From an uncultured Chitinophagaceae bacterium (GTDB lineage Bacteria > Bacteroidota > Bacteroidia > Chitinophagales > CAIOSU01): 64,000 nucleotides of DNA. The position numbers and the translations under genes are program-made. Positions 37,350 through 47,348 of the stretch are shown here, one piece after another. The notes under the pieces were generated by a model that made no database searches, was not told the DNA's origin, and saw only the letters and a program-made list of their open reading frames with translations. The stretch spans positions 28,031-92,030 of the forward strand of contig CAZCXH010000002.1 in the NCBI GenBank assembly GCA_964502525.1, written 5' to 3'. The first letter of the stretch is position 1. The number at the start of each line of letters is the position of its first letter.

Positions 37350-38378
37350 TCAAACCACATTCACCTCCGCAACAATCTCAATCCCGAATTTCTCTTTCAC
37401 CGAGTCTTTGATTTTCATGGCAAGATCAATCACTTCAGCGCCAGTTGCGTTGCCGTAGTTCACCAGCACCAGCGCCTGGTCTTTGTGCGAGCCGGTGTTG
37501 CCGATGCGCTTGCCCTTCCACCCACACTGCTCGATGAGCCATCCGGCCGGGATTTTTATTTTGCCGTCCTTGCCGGGATAATGCGGAACAGACGGAAATT
37601 TTTCCGCCAATGTTTTATAAACGTCCTGCGCCACCTCCGGATTTTTGAAGAAGCTGCCTGCATTGCCTATCACCTTCGGATCGGGCAGCTTGCTTGCGCG
37701 TATCGCAATCACCGCATCGCTGACGGCTTTGATGGAAATCTCTTTCACTCCCATCCTTTCCAGCGTCTCGCGGATGGCTCCGTATGAAGTGTTGAACACC
37801 GGCTTCTTGTTCAGCCGCAGCGTAACGGAAGTGATGATGTACTGATCCTTCAGCGCGCCCTTGAACACGCTTTCGCGGTAGCCGAAGCCGCAAGCCTTAC
37901 GCAGGAAAATCCGCTCCTCGCCCGTGTGGATGTTCACCGCCTGCAGGCTGTCAAACACCGATTCAAGCTCCACTCCGTAGGCACCGATGTTCTGCATGGG
38001 CGCAGCGCCCACCAGCCCCGGTATCAGCGAGAGGTTTTCGATGCCGGCATAATTATTTTTAATGCAAAACATTACCAATTCATGCCACACCTCGCCCGCG
38101 CCCGCTTTCAGCCACACGTTGCCGCCATCTTCCTTCATCACTTCGATTCCCCGCAGCGAATTTTTGATAACCAGCCCGTCAAAATCTTTGGTGAACAAAA
38201 TGTTGCTGCCGCCTCCAAGAACCAGTTTTTCATATTCATCAAGCTCAGGCGAATGGATGATCTCGCGGAGGGCGTCCATATCTTCGATTTCAGCAAACAG
38301 GGCGCACCGTGCGTCAATCCCGAAGGTGTTGCAGGATTTGAGGGAATAGTTTCTCCTGATATTTAAAGATGTTGTCAT
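37350..38378 (-). CDS. murB: UDP-N-acetylenolpyruvoylglucosamine reductase
   Basis: The FAD-binding domain (LGGGSNILF) and the C-terminal MurB domain (AGWLIEQCGWKG, HKDQALVLVN) are present. Confidence 0.95.
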   Translation of the reverse strand: MTTSLNIRRNYSLKSCNTFGIDARCALFAEIEDMDALREIIHSPELDEYEKLVLGGGSNILFTKDFDGLVIKNSLRGIEVMKEDGGNVWLKAGAGEVWHELVMFCIKNNYAGIENLSLIPGLVGAAPMQNIGAYGVELESVFDSLQAVNIHTGEERIFLRKACGFGYRESVFKGALKDQYIITSVTLRLNKKPVFNTSYGAIRETLERMGVKEISIKAVSDAVIAIRASKLPDPKVIGNAGSFFKNPEVAQDVYKTLAEKFPSVPHYPGKDGKIKIPAGWLIEQCGWKGKRIGNTGSHKDQALVLVNYGNATGAEVIDLAMKIKDSVKEKFGIEIVAEVNVV

Positions 38379-40453
38379 TCCTTGACGGTTTCGGGGTAAG
38401 CAATCCTGACGTGATAGATGCTGTTGAGCATTTTCTTGAAAATCCGCTTGATAGCGGTGATTTCCCTGAAGGTGATGTTGCTGTTCACCAACTGGTTTTC
38501 CCTGATCTTGTGTTGGATGATATTTTCCACCAGCTTGTCAATCTCCGCGCTGGACGGGCTTTTGAGGCTCCTGGCAGCGGCTTCCGTTGAATCAGCCATC
38601 ATCACAATGGCAGTCTCGCGCGAATAGGGCAGCGGACCCGGATAGCGGAAATCTTCTATATCCGCTTCCTTTTCCGGATAGTTCTTCAGAAACGATTGGT
38701 AGAAGTAATGCACTACGGTTGTCCCGTGATGCGTGCGGATAAAATCAATCAGGATATCGGGCAGTTTGTTCGCCTTAGCCATCCGCACGCCATCCTTCAC
38801 GTGGTCAATGATGATGCGCGCGCTCTCATCAAAGGTAAGCTCGTCATGCGGGTTGACGTCAGGATTTTGATTCTCGATGAAGTAATGCGGCTTGTTCATC
38901 TTGCCGATGTCGTGATACAGCGCGCCCGCCTTCACCAGCAGTGTGTTGGCTTTTATCTCGAATGCAGCCGCCTCGGCAAGGTTGGCCACCTGCAATGAAT
39001 GTTGAAACGTTCCGGGCGCTTTGATGGAAAGTTCTTTCAGCAGCGGCTTGTTGATGTCGGAAAGCTCCAGCAGCGTGATGTCGGAAACAAAGCCGAACCC
39101 TTTTTCCAGCAGCGGCACCAGGGGGTAGGCGAGCAGCAGCAGCAGCACGTTGAGCCCCAGCCACCCGAAGTTGGCGTAATCAATATCATGGAACGTGCCT
39201 TCCTGAACGATGGCAAGCGCAAAATAGCCGGTCAGGTAGGCAGCGAGTATAAAACCGTTTGATTGAAAAAACTGCGACCAATAGTAGGATCGCACGTTGG
39301 TGAGAATCGCCACCATGCCGGCAATGAACTGGAGGAAGGCAAACTGCACTCCGTTATGAACAATGAAGCTGCTCAGCAAAACCAGCGCGATATGCGCGTG
39401 AAGGGCCGTGGTGGTGCCGAAAAACGTGCGCAGGATAACCGGCACGATACATACGGGAATAGCATAAAGTATTGGCAGGTCGGTTTTCACGATCGTGCTG
39501 ATCACCACGATCATCACCGTGATGAGGAAAAAAATGAGCAGGTGCTTCCGGTTGCTGTCCCACACCTCCGGGGAAAACACCTTCAGCAAAACCGACAATA
39601 TCACCAGGACGATCAGCGACAGCAGGAAATTGCCGAGATAAATCACCTGCATCTTTTTAATGCCAAACACGTTGCCTTCATACTCCTCCTGAAACGAAAG
39701 CAGCATCTGGTATTTATCGGGTGTGATGATCGCCCCCTTGGCGATGATCATTTCCCCCTGCTGCACCTTGCCGCGCGTGAGGGAAATGTTTTCCAGCAAT
39801 TCGTTCTGAAACTTCTGAGTGGTTGCCTCATCATAAAAAACATTGTAAGCGAGCGACTGCTCAATCAGCGGAAGCAGGAATCCCATATCCGCACGGCTGG
39901 CGGCTTTCAGGCTGTCCTTCACAAATTCAAACGCCTGCTTGATGCTGAACAGTCCGCCCAACAGCCGTTTTTCAGCCACATTCTCCTCCGTCAATACGTT
40001 CAGCTCGCGCGATGGCGCAAACGACTTGTGCTCGTCAATGAGGCTGATGATGCCAACGGAAAAAATGCGGTCGAGGATGCGCGTGCCGGCTTCACGCGCC
40101 CTGGCTGAATCAATCTTCACCTGCCCCCCTACCTCCGTCAGCTTACGGTAAAAGCTTTCGCTGAATTTTTTCTGCTGCTCCTCCTTCACGCCCTCGTCAA
40201 ATTTGTAATAGGGCGAAAACCCTTCCAGCAGCCAGTCCTTCTCTTCGGTAATCTGCTGCTCTGTTTTCAGGATGCCTATGTCGAAAGGCGCTATCAGGTC
40301 GTCATACTTCCACGGCTTGCCTACCTCAAACGAATATTTGAAAATGCCTGTTTTCGGAAAAAAATAAGAGATGACCAGCGATGATGCGATAACGATGACA
40401 TACCGCAGGTAGTCCTGGTGGCGGTTGACGATGTTGACAAAAATCCTGTTCAA
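38375..40453 (-). CDS. 7TM-HD membrane phosphohydrolase (PgpH/YqfF-like, HDIG domain)
   Basis: An extracellular N-terminal domain and a 7-TM block are followed by an HD domain (HSLQVANLAE, ALYHDIGK, HHG). Confidence 0.9.
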   Translation of the reverse strand: MNRIFVNIVNRHQDYLRYVIVIASSLVISYFFPKTGIFKYSFEVGKPWKYDDLIAPFDIGILKTEQQITEEKDWLLEGFSPYYKFDEGVKEEQQKKFSESFYRKLTEVGGQVKIDSARAREAGTRILDRIFSVGIISLIDEHKSFAPSRELNVLTEENVAEKRLLGGLFSIKQAFEFVKDSLKAASRADMGFLLPLIEQSLAYNVFYDEATTQKFQNELLENISLTRGKVQQGEMIIAKGAIITPDKYQMLLSFQEEYEGNVFGIKKMQVIYLGNFLLSLIVLVILSVLLKVFSPEVWDSNRKHLLIFFLITVMIVVISTIVKTDLPILYAIPVCIVPVILRTFFGTTTALHAHIALVLLSSFIVHNGVQFAFLQFIAGMVAILTNVRSYYWSQFFQSNGFILAAYLTGYFALAIVQEGTFHDIDYANFGWLGLNVLLLLLAYPLVPLLEKGFGFVSDITLLELSDINKPLLKELSIKAPGTFQHSLQVANLAEAAAFEIKANTLLVKAGALYHDIGKMNKPHYFIENQNPDVNPHDELTFDESARIIIDHVKDGVRMAKANKLPDILIDFIRTHHGTTVVHYFYQSFLKNYPEKEADIEDFRYPGPLPYSRETAIVMMADSTEAAARSLKSPSSAEIDKLVENIIQHKIRENQLVNSNITFREITAIKRIFKKMLNSIYHVRIAYPETVKE

Positions 40454-40493
40454 CGAACCCGTTTTTGCACGCCTAAAGTTACAGCCTTCGAAA

Positions 40494-40528
40494 AAGACCT
40501 GACGGGGTTTTATAACCTGTCAGGTCTT
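40494..40528. repeat. GACCTGACAGG palindromic element, copy 3 (next to the IS256 remnant)
   Basis: AAGACCTGACGGGGTTTTATAACCTGTCAGGTCTT is an imperfect copy. Confidence 0.8.
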
Positions 40529-40639
40529 GATAACTTTTCGGTGGAAACAGTTTGGAGTTTGAAGTTTAATAAGATTTTTTTTAGCCCGTCAAGGATTGAA
40601 AGCACTTCCTGCAATTCCTTTTTTGAACAACATCACGGT

Positions 40640-40810
40640 GCAAACCAAAGCCAAGCCTACAAGGTAGTCTTCAAAAGCTGGCGCCACAACTGGGAACGCC
40701 TGAGTAACTTCTTCAAATATCCGCCCGCATTAAGACGAGTGATTTACACCACCAACCCCATAGAAAGCTATCACCGCATGATTCGCAAAGTCACCAAAAC
40801 AGACTTAACG
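40640..40810 (+). pseudogene. C-terminal remnant of an IS256-family (Mutator-type) transposase
   Basis: ...KSWRHNWERLSNFFKYPPALRRVIYTTNPIESYHRMIRKVTKT matches the conserved IS256 transposase C-terminus. No upstream catalytic region remains. Confidence 0.6.
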
Positions 40811-40851
40811 TTGCAGCAGGTTGTAGAATTTTCAGAACCTTCCATTATTCG

Positions 40852-42627
40852 TCATTTCCTCAGATAATATTCCCCTTTCTGAACATTCCCTTTTTTCTTT
40901 AAAGCCGTTCCGAGTTTTTGATAAAACGGGATGAGATTGTGCCTCTCCCCCACCCTTTCAAGATAATTAAGATACTCGTCCACAAATGGCATGGGGCGCG
41001 TCATTTGAATTTTGAAAAATCCATCGAGAAGCTTATCGAGGTTGCGGTCATTCTGATAATAGCCTGTTAACAATCCCGCCTTGGCGGTAAGCGCATCCGG
41101 ATATTCGGGGTAAATGGACAATGCGCGGTCAACATATGGCGCAGCTTCATCAAATAATTTTAACTGCTCTTCAGCGGTCTTTGCTTCCAGACCCTTGCGG
41201 TATAATCCGTAACCCATGAAGCTGTTGGCGCGGGCGCTGTTGGTTGAAACCCTCACGGCAGCGCGGTCCAGCGAGAGGCTGTCTTTCCAGGCGGGAACGC
41301 GGGTGATGGTTTTCACGCTGAAGCCTGCAATTACCACCGCAATCAACCCAAAGCTTACCGCTCTCTTCAAAGACTCGTTTTTTATCCATCCGGGAATTTT
41401 TACGGCAAACCAATAGGCTGCAAGAATGCAAAACGCGAGTGACGGCATATATAAAAACCGTTCATTCATAAACGTGCCGATGGGAAACACGATGTTGGAT
41501 GCGATGGAGAGCGTGATGATGAAGTACAGGATGCAGAATGAAGCAATTGTCTTTTTCCGGAAGAAGACCAGCGCGTAAACGATGATTCCGGCATAAAATA
41601 CCAGCGGCAGGAAAGCCCTTAGATCGCTCCAGTTGATGATGGGAATTTGATAAGGATAATAGTCATGCGTGAGCGGATGGGGAAAAAAAAGCAGCTTCAC
41701 GTAAAGAATCAATGTGTAAAAGATGGTTGCATATTTCTCCGCCTCCGTAGCTCCCAGAAAGGGATTGTTCATCAGCCCGGTGATTTCCCTGCCGCTGTCA
41801 AGCAGGTATCCGATCACCTGATGCCGCAAGATGATATAAGATGCAGCCGCGACAATAAGCGGGATGGACGATAGCAGAATTTTTTTGAATGAAGAATCCT
41901 TGACAAAGAAGTAAAGCGCCAGCGGTATCACAGCGAGAAAAGTGATTGCGTTTTCCTTTGCAAGCAAGGCGAGAAAAAACGCCAATGCAGAAATTGCCGG
42001 AAGATATTTCTTCCCATGATGAACATATTTGATGCTTGCAGCCAGCGCGAGCAATGCAAACAGGAACGAAAGAATCTCATCGCGGCTCTTGATATTCGCT
42101 ACAACCTCCGTGTGAACGGGATGCGCCACAAACAGCAGTGCCGCAACAAACGGCATTCCCGTCATCCATTTCGCTTTTCCTCTTAACGGAAACAAGAGGG
42201 AAAGCAGCCACAGCAAAAGCACGGCAGTTGCGCCATACAGCAGCACATTGATAAAATGACTCACCCGGGGATTCAACCCCAGGAACTGATATTCAATCGC
42301 AAAAGTGATGATTGACAGGGGCCTGTAACGCGCGCCAGCAACCAGATGCTGTTGCGTTCCCAGATAGCCGGTGAAGCTGTCGTTGGCGAGGATATCGCCT
42401 ATTCCTGCAAAGCCTTTTTTTACAAACTTATTTTCAGACAGCACCAGTTCATCATCGAGCACGTAGCCAAAGGTGATGCTGTAGCCATATAAGATAAAAG
42501 GAAATACGAAGAGGATGAATGCCGCAGCCTTATAATCTTTCCGGAAAGAAGGCTGCATGATGCGCGGTGTTTCCGCTGTCGAATTTTTATTTTCCTTGCG
42601 GGCTTTTCTTTTTGCCTGCTGCTTCAC
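40852..42627 (-). CDS. TMTC-like / DUF1736 polytopic membrane glycosyltransferase-like protein with C-terminal TPR
   Basis: It has more than 10 TM helices, the HPVHTEVVANIKSRDEIL motif and C-terminal TPR-like repeats. Confidence 0.7.
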   Translation of the reverse strand: MKQQAKRKARKENKNSTAETPRIMQPSFRKDYKAAAFILFVFPFILYGYSITFGYVLDDELVLSENKFVKKGFAGIGDILANDSFTGYLGTQQHLVAGARYRPLSIITFAIEYQFLGLNPRVSHFINVLLYGATAVLLLWLLSLLFPLRGKAKWMTGMPFVAALLFVAHPVHTEVVANIKSRDEILSFLFALLALAASIKYVHHGKKYLPAISALAFFLALLAKENAITFLAVIPLALYFFVKDSSFKKILLSSIPLIVAAASYIILRHQVIGYLLDSGREITGLMNNPFLGATEAEKYATIFYTLILYVKLLFFPHPLTHDYYPYQIPIINWSDLRAFLPLVFYAGIIVYALVFFRKKTIASFCILYFIITLSIASNIVFPIGTFMNERFLYMPSLAFCILAAYWFAVKIPGWIKNESLKRAVSFGLIAVVIAGFSVKTITRVPAWKDSLSLDRAAVRVSTNSARANSFMGYGLYRKGLEAKTAEEQLKLFDEAAPYVDRALSIYPEYPDALTAKAGLLTGYYQNDRNLDKLLDGFFKIQMTRPMPFVDEYLNYLERVGERHNLIPFYQKLGTALKKKGNVQKGEYYLRK

Positions 42628-42636
42628 TCAGGAAAT

Positions 42637-43839
42637 CTACTCCGCTTTCATCAACTTTCCGAAGGAAATCTTTCCATCATCATTGCTGCGTATCTCATAC
42701 AGGTAGCAGCCTTCTGGCAATGATGACGCTTGCAGAATATTTTTACCGCGTGAAACTGCTGCCATTTTCACCATCTTCCCACCGGAATCGTAGAGGCTGA
42801 ATACCGCGCTTTCCGCATCAATTTCTACTGTCAGGAAATCGCTGACCGGGTTGGGGAATATCCTGCTGAAACCGGCATTGACTTCAGGCGCGGCAGTGAG
42901 GGGAATCTGGTATGACCACAGGTCAGCGTGGCACACGCCCGGAGAATCAATTCCCATGCCCACATAGATGGTGGTGCCGATGGCAAACCCAATGGCGCTC
43001 CTTCTGCCGCTGCCGCCAAAATTGGGGCATCTGCTCCACAGCTTCGTAGCCTGATCCAGCGACCAGCAGTCGTTCAGATAAGAAGTGCCCCTGAAATATC
43101 CGCATAGGATATATCCCTTGCCAATCGCATCCACACCGAGCGCCACCGCATCTTCCCTGCCCACTCCCGGGAATTCATCGGGGATGCGGTACCAATAATT
43201 GCCTTCCGGAATATATTCATACACATCCTTGCGGTATTCCCCGCGCGACTCAAAGCCGAGACCGACATACCCCCTGTTGCCGATGCTGAAGCCCACTGCG
43301 CCCATTTTCTTATGCCCCGGAACGTTGGCTTTCTGCGTCCACGCATCGGCAGCCGGATCGTATTCCCATAAATCTTCATAATAGTCGAGATGGTCCATGC
43401 CGGTGCCCATGTATCCTTTATTGCCGATGCTGAAGGCAACGGCTTTTTGCCTTGGCGAGGCGGCAAAACCAGCTTTCTGCCCCCATGCCCCGCTGCCGGT
43501 GTTATATTCAAAGAAATCATTGCTCAAGCCGGAGGCGGTGACGCCCGTTCCGATATACGCGTTGCCGCTGATGCTCATTCCTGCGGAATATTTCCTGCCT
43601 TCGCCAATGAAGTCGGTCTTTTGCGACCATTGGTCGGAGGCGGGATCGTACTGCCAGAAATCAGTGTAAAAAGTATCTTCCTGCGTGCCGTTGCAGACAT
43701 ATCCTTTGTCGCCAATGCCGAATGAGACGGCTGACTCCCTCGGCTGAGCGGGGAAATTGTTTTTCTGAACCCATCCGTTCTGTGCCTCCGCGCGCAGCGA
43801 TAGCAGGAAAATGAGAATTAATGCACTATTGTTTTTCAT
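42637..43839 (-). CDS. Kelch-type beta-propeller protein with T9SS C-terminal sorting domain
   Basis: A signal peptide is followed by about 6 repeats of the G.GY.G.G....Y..D.W.YDP pattern. The C-terminal roughly 80 aa are Por_Secre_tail-like. Confidence 0.75.
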   Translation of the reverse strand: MKNNSALILIFLLSLRAEAQNGWVQKNNFPAQPRESAVSFGIGDKGYVCNGTQEDTFYTDFWQYDPASDQWSQKTDFIGEGRKYSAGMSISGNAYIGTGVTASGLSNDFFEYNTGSGAWGQKAGFAASPRQKAVAFSIGNKGYMGTGMDHLDYYEDLWEYDPAADAWTQKANVPGHKKMGAVGFSIGNRGYVGLGFESRGEYRKDVYEYIPEGNYWYRIPDEFPGVGREDAVALGVDAIGKGYILCGYFRGTSYLNDCWSLDQATKLWSRCPNFGGSGRRSAIGFAIGTTIYVGMGIDSPGVCHADLWSYQIPLTAAPEVNAGFSRIFPNPVSDFLTVEIDAESAVFSLYDSGGKMVKMAAVSRGKNILQASSLPEGCYLYEIRSNDDGKISFGKLMKAE

Positions 43840-43949
43840 TCCTTAAGGGTTTTTGTTAAGTCCTTATCAAGCTATTATCCAATTCGCCCGGCAAAGTAAA
43901 GAGAAAATGGTTATTATCAAAACGGTGTTGAATGCCCGGTGCTAAGTGT

Positions 43950-44098
43950 TCAATGGTTTTGCCTTTGCTTATTGCCTTTTACCTTTTGTCCCTTGCCTAT
44001 TGCCTATTGGCCTTTTACTAATGGAATTCGGATGGTTGATTTCAATCCCTTTGCCTATTGGCCTTTTACCTTTTGCCCTTTGCCTTTTCCACTTTTTT
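43950..44098. repeat. T-rich tandem-word array (TTGCCTTT / TTGCCTAT words) with an internal 19-nt direct repeat
   Basis: TTGCCTATTGGCCTTTTAC occurs twice, flanked by TTTGCC/CTTTTGCC words. There is no inverted arm. Confidence 0.75.
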
Positions 44099-44107
44099 CA
44101 AAGATTG

Positions 44108-45397
44108 CTACCCGGCAATCTTCCTGATCGCCTCCACCAGCCTGTCAAGATCGGAAATCTTCGTGTAAACGTGGGGAGTGATGCGGATGCCTTCAAAAGC
44201 ATCATGCACGATGGTGGTGGTGTAGATTTTATAATCCTCGAAAAGGGCTTTGTGCATGTCGCCCGCTTTCATGTCTTTGATTCTGAAATTGCACAGCCCG
44301 CAGGAAAATTCTTTTTTCAGCGAAGTATTGAATTTTATTGCGGGTATTCCGGCAACCGCATTCGCCCAGTAATCTTTCAGGTAGCGCAGCCGCGCCTCTT
44401 TCCGCTGGATGCCGATGCCGTTGTGGAAGTCAATGGCCTCGTTGATGGCAAGTTCGGCAGGGAAGGAGCGCGTGCCGAGGTGCTCGAACTTGCTCATCCT
44501 GTCAGCCTGGTCTTCGGGGCTGCCAAACAGCGACCATATCTTGCTGATTTTTTCTTTTTTCACGTACAGCATTCCGCAGCCGAACGGGGCGTTCAGCCAT
44601 TTGTGCAGGCTGGTACCGAAATAGTCGCAATGCAGATCGGGTATCTTGAAATCGAGCTGCGCGAACGAATGCGCCCCATCCACCACCACCTCCAGCCCTC
44701 GCTCATGCGCCATGTCGCAGATTTCGCGCACCGGCATGATCTGCCCGGTGGTGTAGTTGATATGGCAAACAACAATCACTTTTGTTTTCGAGGTGATTGC
44801 TTTTTTGAAACGATTCACTACCTCCTCCTTGTCTTCTGCCGGAGTGGGGATGGAGATTTTTACAATCTTCACGCCCTCCCTGCGCGCGCGCTGGTCAAGC
44901 CCCGCCATCACGGTGGGATAATCCTGGCTGGTGGTGATGACCTCATCATCTTTTTTCAGATCCATGCCGAGTATCACGGTTTCCAACGCTTCTGTCGTAT
45001 TACGGCAAAGCGAAATCTCTTCCTGCGCGCATCCTGCGAGCACCGACAGCCTGCGCTTGATGGTTTCGCGCTGGCGCGTGAATTCACCGAACATATAATA
45101 TGTGGGAGCCTGGTTTGCCAGCTTGTAATAGTGCAGGAACGACTCCTGCACCACCTTCGGCTGAGGACACACTCCGCCATTGTTGAGGTTGATGAACAGC
45201 GAGGTGGGCGTGTATTCCTGCTGAATCTGGAACCAAAAGTCCTCATCAGCGGCTGCCTGCTCCGTGCTTTTGTGCTCAAACGAGGCGAGCGCTTTTCTTT
45301 TTTCGAGAAAATCACCGGAGGTGAAAAGCGTCATTGACAATCCGCCTAAGGAAATTGCGCCCATGTCGGTTAGGAATTTTCTGCGTGAGTGGGTCAC
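44108..45397 (-). CDS. aminotransferase class V-fold PLP enzyme with twin-arginine signal
   Basis: The N-terminal SRRKFLTDMGAISLGG is a Tat motif, and the PLP-lysine region is TSLHKWLNAPFGCGMLY. Confidence 0.85.
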   Translation of the reverse strand: MTHSRRKFLTDMGAISLGGLSMTLFTSGDFLEKRKALASFEHKSTEQAAADEDFWFQIQQEYTPTSLFINLNNGGVCPQPKVVQESFLHYYKLANQAPTYYMFGEFTRQRETIKRRLSVLAGCAQEEISLCRNTTEALETVILGMDLKKDDEVITTSQDYPTVMAGLDQRARREGVKIVKISIPTPAEDKEEVVNRFKKAITSKTKVIVVCHINYTTGQIMPVREICDMAHERGLEVVVDGAHSFAQLDFKIPDLHCDYFGTSLHKWLNAPFGCGMLYVKKEKISKIWSLFGSPEDQADRMSKFEHLGTRSFPAELAINEAIDFHNGIGIQRKEARLRYLKDYWANAVAGIPAIKFNTSLKKEFSCGLCNFRIKDMKAGDMHKALFEDYKIYTTTIVHDAFEGIRITPHVYTKISDLDRLVEAIRKIAG

Positions 45398-45417
45398 GAG
45401 TGCGAAGATAATCTAAG

Positions 45418-45497
45418 GTTCACGGTTTACACGTTTACGTTTACGGTTGCACAAGAAAATAGAACCGTAAACAAGTAAACCGTAAACGTGTAAACCC
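45418..45497. repeat. tandem-word hairpin, GTTTACR family, copy 1 (divergent promoter region)
   Basis: CACGGTTTACACGTTTACGTTTACGGTT ... AACCGTAAACAAGTAAACCGTAAACGTGTAAACCC. Confidence 0.85.
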
Positions 45498-45516
45498 ATT
45501 TTCCTATCTTTCCCCC

Positions 45517-46230
45517 ATGCCGATTTTTGAATTGAACAATGACGTTGTTTTCCCCAACCCAGAATTAGCTGACGACAATGGCATCATCGCCATCGGTGGC
45601 GACCTGGAGCCGGGCAGGCTGCTGCAGGCTTACCGCATGGGCATCTTCCCGTGGTTTAACGAGAACGACCCTATCGTGTGGTGGTCGCCCGACCCGCGCA
45701 TGGTGATGCACCCGTCAGAATTGAAAGTGTCGCACAGCATGAGGAAGATTTTGCGCGACAATATTTTCCGCGTGACGTTCGATCAGGAGTTTGAAGCGGT
45801 GATCAGAAACTGCCGAGAGCAAAAGCGGCCGGGGCAAAAGGGCACGTGGATCACAGATGAAATGATAAAAGCATATTTGCAGTTGCATCATCTTGGGTAT
45901 GCTCATTCGGTGGAGGTGTGGAAAGACAACAATCTTGCCGGAGGGCTGTATGGCATGTCGCTGGGAAAAATGTTTGCCGGTGAATCCATGTTCAGCAAGA
46001 TGAGCAACGCCTCGAAAACGGGGTTCATCATTTTAGCGCGAAAATTAGAATCGCTCGGGTTTGAGATGATTGACTGCCAGATGCACACGCAGCACCTCGC
46101 CAGCATGGGGGCGAAAGCCATCAGCAGGAAAAAATATCTGAGGATGCTGCAAGAAAGTCTTCAGAACAGTACGCTGAAAGGCAACTGGGGCGAGATGCGG
46201 GCTTTTCAGGAGGCGTTCAGTTTGTCGTGA
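45517..46230 (+). CDS. aat: leucyl/phenylalanyl-tRNA--protein transferase
   Basis: GIFPWFNENDPIVWWSPDPR, GTWITDEM and GESMFS motifs are present. Confidence 0.9.
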   Translation: MPIFELNNDVVFPNPELADDNGIIAIGGDLEPGRLLQAYRMGIFPWFNENDPIVWWSPDPRMVMHPSELKVSHSMRKILRDNIFRVTFDQEFEAVIRNCREQKRPGQKGTWITDEMIKAYLQLHHLGYAHSVEVWKDNNLAGGLYGMSLGKMFAGESMFSKMSNASKTGFIILARKLESLGFEMIDCQMHTQHLASMGAKAISRKKYLRMLQESLQNSTLKGNWGEMRAFQEAFSLS

Positions 46231-46266
46231 AGCGGGTTCTTTCGACTTGCCATCCTCAAATCTACT

Positions 46267-46327
46267 TTACCGTTTACGGTTACACAATACAACAAACTGT
46301 AAACGTGTAAACCGGAAACCGTAAACT
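46267..46327. repeat. tandem-word hairpin, GTTTACR family, copy 2 (convergent gene ends)
   Basis: CCGTTTACGGTTACAC ... CTGTAAACGTGTAAACCGGAAACCGTAAAC. Confidence 0.85.
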
Positions 46328-46341
46328 ATTAATTTAATAAT

Positions 46342-47343
46342 TTAATTTAGAATCCTGTACGCAAGCTCCGTGAGCAGCGTGCCTTTCTCCGCTCCGGCAA
46401 AGTCAACGCCTTTGACTTTCATATCATATTCGTGAAGGGTATTCAGGATTTTCACGGTTTCCTGTGTTTTGTACTTCTTCATGTAATTCTTCAAATCATC
46501 AGCCATCGGCTTGGAGCGTATCTGCAAATCGCTCATCATCTCATAAGGATTTGAATTCATGCTTTGCAGCACGAGCGCCTTGCTGAAAAACGAGTAGAGC
46601 ATCCCCAGCACCATCACCGGCTCGCCCGCCTTGGGATTTTTTTCAAAGTACTTCACGATGCGGTAAGTCTTCACCGGGTCGCGCATCGCCAGCGACTTGG
46701 TCAGCTCGAACACATTATACTCCTTGCTGATGCCGATGTACTTCTCGATATGATGCGTGGAAACCGTAACGCCTTCCTTCACGTTAAGCGCAAGTTTTTC
46801 CAGCTCGTGAACGATTTTGGAGAGGTCGTTGCCGAGATATTCCGCCAGCAGTTCTTTCGCATCATGGCTGACGCTGAGCTTCATGTCTTTGGTGACAGAA
46901 TCAATAAATGGCGGGATTTGGTTGTCATATAATTTTTTGCTTTCCAGCGCGACACCTTTTGTCGAAAGCAGCTTGTAGGATTTGCTACGCCCGTCAAACT
47001 TTTTGTATTTGTAGCAGATCACGAAAATTGTTGACCGCACGGGATGCTCGAAATACTTCTGCAGCTTGTCCATATCCCTGAATTGCTGCGCCTCCTTGAG
47101 GATCACCACCTGGTGAGCCGACATCATGGGATAGCGCCTCAGCGTGTCGAGCAGCGCCATGTGATTGGCGTCCTTGCCATAGACAACGGTTTGGTTGAAG
47201 CTGCGCTCGCTTTCGCTGAGCAGGTTATGCTCGATATAGTTGCAGGCAACATCAATATAGTACGGCTCCTCCCCGTGCAGCAGGTACAACGGGTGATAGA
47301 TTTTATTTTGAAGATCTTTGAGGAGTTGCTTGAATTCGGACAT
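46342..47343 (-). CDS. holA: DNA polymerase III subunit delta
   Basis: 333 aa. YLLHGEEPYYID has the N-terminal delta-subunit pattern, and the gene sits in the conserved Bacteroidota context next to an HsdR_N-domain gene. Confidence 0.8.
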   Translation of the reverse strand: MSEFKQLLKDLQNKIYHPLYLLHGEEPYYIDVACNYIEHNLLSESERSFNQTVVYGKDANHMALLDTLRRYPMMSAHQVVILKEAQQFRDMDKLQKYFEHPVRSTIFVICYKYKKFDGRSKSYKLLSTKGVALESKKLYDNQIPPFIDSVTKDMKLSVSHDAKELLAEYLGNDLSKIVHELEKLALNVKEGVTVSTHHIEKYIGISKEYNVFELTKSLAMRDPVKTYRIVKYFEKNPKAGEPVMVLGMLYSFFSKALVLQSMNSNPYEMMSDLQIRSKPMADDLKNYMKKYKTQETVKILNTLHEYDMKVKGVDFAGAEKGTLLTELAYRILN

Positions 47344-47348
47344 TATGC

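Noticed and set aside
39263-40108. A 281-aa plus-strand ORF lies opposite the PgpH-like gene.
   Set aside because: It is antisense to a well-supported 7TM-HD protein. Its composition is His/Arg/Gln-rich and low-complexity, with no motifs.
43946-45337. A 463-aa plus-strand ORF spans almost the whole aminotransferase locus.
   Set aside because: The minus-strand ORF has clear class V PLP-enzyme motifs (SLHKW lysine, Tat signal). The plus-strand product starts inside the TTGCCTTT word array, has no recognisable motif, and has an Arg/Leu/His/Phe-heavy composition typical of antisense frames. It is noted only as an unusually long stop-free antisense frame.
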